Shown here in pieces: positions 61,762-64,000 of a stretch of 64,000 nucleotides of DNA; the stretch's first letter is position 1; every line of letters starts with the position of its first letter. A program made the position numbers and the translations under genes. Under the pieces are notes generated by a model. That model saw nothing but the letters and a program-made list of their open reading frames with translations. It was not told the DNA's origin and made no database searches. The stretch is from an uncultured Candidatus Bathyarchaeia archaeon. GTDB taxonomy: Archaea > Thermoproteota > Bathyarchaeia > Bathyarchaeales > Bathycorpusculaceae. The stretch is taken from NCBI GenBank assembly GCA_964475545.1, contig CAYYXF010000001.1, positions 9,107-73,106 of the forward strand, written 5' to 3'.

Positions 61762-62778
61762 TCATACCTGCACCACAGGTCTCGCAGTTCTCCACTCTCT
61801 GATTTTCGCCCAGATCATCCGACTTCCAATTATCAGCAGAGGATAGGAAACTATCCAAGTGATAGAATACAACTGGCCATAATAGTCATGAAAAGCCATG
61901 GCGGCATCCTGGCCATTGTTGAACGCGATGACCACAATGGTGACTACCCTGAGAACGTTGATCAAATATGTGACCACGGCTCCCAGTATGAAATATCTTG
62001 CTCTTTGCTTCCAAGAAAATGCGCTATCCTTCAGAAACAGCAGAATGGTAACCGCATAAATCAAAAGACTCTCAACGCCCGAACATGGCCACGACACATT
62101 GAACTGCGCCCAATTTCCCCCGGCTACTCGAACCATCAATCTAGAACCACCATCAGGAGCCACGCCGTTCAGGTACGCAGGATAGCCCATCGCTCCCAGA
62201 ACACTTGCTGCAAGCGCAGCCGTCGTGGGAACAATCATCTGAAAGGGAGTGAAGCGACCATTAGGATAAATGTTGTCTATCATGTATATCATCCCGATAA
62301 TCCCAAGAAAAACTGTGGAGATTAGAAACTTGCCCAACCCCTTTGTCCCATACTCCAGCAACACTATCAGGATGAAAAGCATCGCGAACACCAGATATTC
62401 CACCGAGAGAGGCATCGCGCCGGCCCAAGGTTGCGGAATATTATTGGCAATTGAAAAGCTCACAATCGCAGTATTCAGCCCATAGAAATTGGTGGCAATA
62501 ACGTATATGGTAGGTAGTAGAAGAGCTAACACGAATGCAATAGTTCGTGCGGAGAACACTCCTGCAAGCCTGCTTTGAATCTTTTCCCACCCTAGAATCA
62601 GTTCCATCGAAACCAGCCACAGAAAGAAAATATCGAAGATCCTGCCCTTCCAAGTCTTCTCAAAAACCATCGGGTCTAGAGAGTACAATATGATCAAAGG
62701 TACTATGAATGAGAGGATTGGCAAAGCCTTCTTGAAGACATCGGCGTACCTCTCGCTTTTCTGTGTACGGTCTTGCAT
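61762..62778 (-). CDS. Archaeosortase (exosortase/archaeosortase family transpeptidase)
   Basis: 338-aa ORF with ~8 TM helices. It has the catalytic Cys motif WPCSGVESLLIY, a conserved Arg (YLINVLRVV) and His (MAFHDYYG). The subclass (ArtA-F) is not assignable by eye. Confidence 0.75.
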   Translation of the reverse strand: MQDRTQKSERYADVFKKALPILSFIVPLIILYSLDPMVFEKTWKGRIFDIFFLWLVSMELILGWEKIQSRLAGVFSARTIAFVLALLLPTIYVIATNFYGLNTAIVSFSIANNIPQPWAGAMPLSVEYLVFAMLFILIVLLEYGTKGLGKFLISTVFLGIIGMIYMIDNIYPNGRFTPFQMIVPTTAALAASVLGAMGYPAYLNGVAPDGGSRLMVRVAGGNWAQFNVSWPCSGVESLLIYAVTILLFLKDSAFSWKQRARYFILGAVVTYLINVLRVVTIVVIAFNNGQDAAMAFHDYYGQLYSITWIVSYPLLIIGSRMIWAKIREWRTARPVVQV

Positions 62779-62989
62779 TCAGCGTTCCTCAACCATTGTC
62801 TCTCATTGGTTGGAAATGGTTATTTCATATCTACAACAAGCGTTATTTATGAATCTAGCCTTCCACAAGCTGCCTTTTATTGACACTAGAGCAGAGAGCA
62901 GTGTTCTGCCTAAGCGCACGACTAAATCTTATAAAACTCTTCAAGCGTTCTTCTTTCAAGGTTAGACTGAGTTGATCCTATCCTCGTTG

Positions 62990-64000
62990 ATGTTCATCAA
63001 ACAGAAATTTGCAGAATACTACCAGGAAAACCCATTCAGTATTCTTTCGCCTTCATTCACCGAAAGCCGTGAATTTGGCTTCGCCCTGTTTGAAGGACAA
63101 ATGCTGCGACACAAAGGTTTCAGCAAAAGCGAGGGCCTGAAAGCGTTCTTGCAAACCTGTGTTCCTTCAGATGCCTATTTTTCATGCGCATACTACGAGA
63201 ACCCTCAGGCCGAAATGGACAAGAAGGGTTGGTTGGGGGCAGATTTGATTTTTGACATTGACGCTGACCACATAACTACTGGCTGTGGCAAAGTTCATGA
63301 CACTTGGACTTGTGGTGGATGTGGTTTCGATGGGAGAGGTCTTACCCCTGAAAAGTGTCCAATATGTGGCGGACAAAAATTCGATACTAAAACTTGGCCA
63401 TGTGAAGCCTGTCTAGAATCCGCGAAGGACGAAACAGTCAAGCTTCTGGATATGTTGTTGAGGGACTTTGGCTTCTGCGAAAAGAGCGTGCACGCTTTCT
63501 TTTCAGGTCATCGCGGCTACCATGTCCACGTTGAAAACGAGTCGATCAAGGCACTTGATGCTGTTGCACGCAAAGAAATCGTAGACTATGTCTCTGGTCT
63601 GGGCCTGGACATGGGCTTTAGCAGTCTGGACAAAAAAGGCTCTGGCAAGCCAAGCTTCCCAAATGTACCTCACTTAGATGATTCAGGTTGGCGTGGACGA
63701 ATCGCCAAATGCATGTACGACTTCATCCTGAAGGGCAAAGAAGAGGATTGTGCCAAGCTAGGACTGAGACGGAATGTCGTTGAGACCATAATTCAAAAGA
63801 GAGAAACGATTTTGAAAAGCTGGAACGATGTGGGACCTTACCGTGCCGTAAAAGGGCTAGGCTTCGAAACATGGAGAAAAATAGTTGATAGTTGCACAGA
63901 ATCTATGTCCGCCAAAATAGACACTGTCGTCACAACCGACTTACATCGCCTGATCAGGTTAGTCGGTGCCCTGCATGGAAAAACTGGTTTGAAAAAGATC
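62990..64000 (+). CDS. priS: DNA primase small (catalytic) subunit PriS, 3'-truncated by the window end
   Basis: This open frame is not in the ORF track because it has no stop within the window. It reads MFIKQKFAEYYQENPF... with the catalytic DLIFDIDADH, a zinc knuckle (CGKVH..CGGCG...CPICGG..CEAC) and SGHRGYHVHV. Confidence 0.88.
   Translation, partial: MFIKQKFAEYYQENPFSILSPSFTESREFGFALFEGQMLRHKGFSKSEGLKAFLQTCVPSDAYFSCAYYENPQAEMDKKGWLGADLIFDIDADHITTGCGKVHDTWTCGGCGFDGRGLTPEKCPICGGQKFDTKTWPCEACLESAKDETVKLLDMLLRDFGFCEKSVHAFFSGHRGYHVHVENESIKALDAVARKEIVDYVSGLGLDMGFSSLDKKGSGKPSFPNVPHLDDSGWRGRIAKCMYDFILKGKEEDCAKLGLRRNVVETIIQKRETILKSWNDVGPYRAVKGLGFETWRKIVDSCTESMSAKIDTVVTTDLHRLIRLVGALHGKTGLKKI

Noticed and set aside
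1-64000. A search for CRISPR arrays, tRNA/rRNA genes, IS elements, integrases, toxin-antitoxin pairs and known defence-system hallmarks.
   Set aside because: I saw no regularly spaced direct repeats, no T-arm/acceptor-like structures and no transposase, integrase or defence-type motifs on either strand. The window appears to be core chromosome, apart from the glycosylation block.

Overview
This window reads as a core chromosomal segment of an archaeon. The gene content (PolD DP1/DP2, Orc1/Cdc6, PCNA, PriS/PriL, Elf1, Alba, archaeosortase, four-subunit 2-oxoacid:ferredoxin oxidoreductase, PEP synthase) points to a TACK-type, possibly Bathyarchaeia-like lineage. That taxonomic guess is inference only.

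Coding density is high and most genes are recognisable housekeeping genes:
- A replication origin with three ORB-like repeats lies beside orc1/cdc6 and DP1. DP2, PCNA, PriL and a 3'-truncated PriS lie further along.
- The conserved archaeal information-processing strings are present: SRP54-Pus10-L21e-Rpo4-DUF655-KsgA-Mtq2, and Dph2-METTL5-like-Csl4-Rpo11.
- Central and cofactor metabolism includes korDABG-type OFOR, PpsA, GlyA, NadE plus a nitrilase-like subunit, NadK, GGGP synthase and aminotransferases.
- A surface-glycosylation island (GT2, two GT4, a large GT-C-like membrane protein, GT2) plus an archaeosortase is wedged between priL and priS.

I found no CRISPR array, tRNA, rRNA, transposase, integrase or recognisable defence or toxin-antitoxin system. 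I do not see an obvious novel multi-gene 'system'.

The items most worth a second look are:
1. A 571-aa secreted/TM/coiled-coil protein that looks like eukaryotic ribophorin I (OST1).
2. An 844-aa GT-C-like protein with an AglB/STT3-like periplasmic module that lacks WWDYG.
3. Three uncharacterised putative DNA-binding genes next to oriC, with a thrice-repeated 17-mer.
4. A well-formed C/D-box sRNA candidate in an otherwise empty spacer.
5. Two decayed genes: an internally deleted fbp relic and a multiply disrupted DUF429-like gene.
6. Several small genes missed by the ORF track (Sec61-beta and a 59-aa 2-TM protein).

All family assignments rest on motif recognition by eye. No database searches were run.
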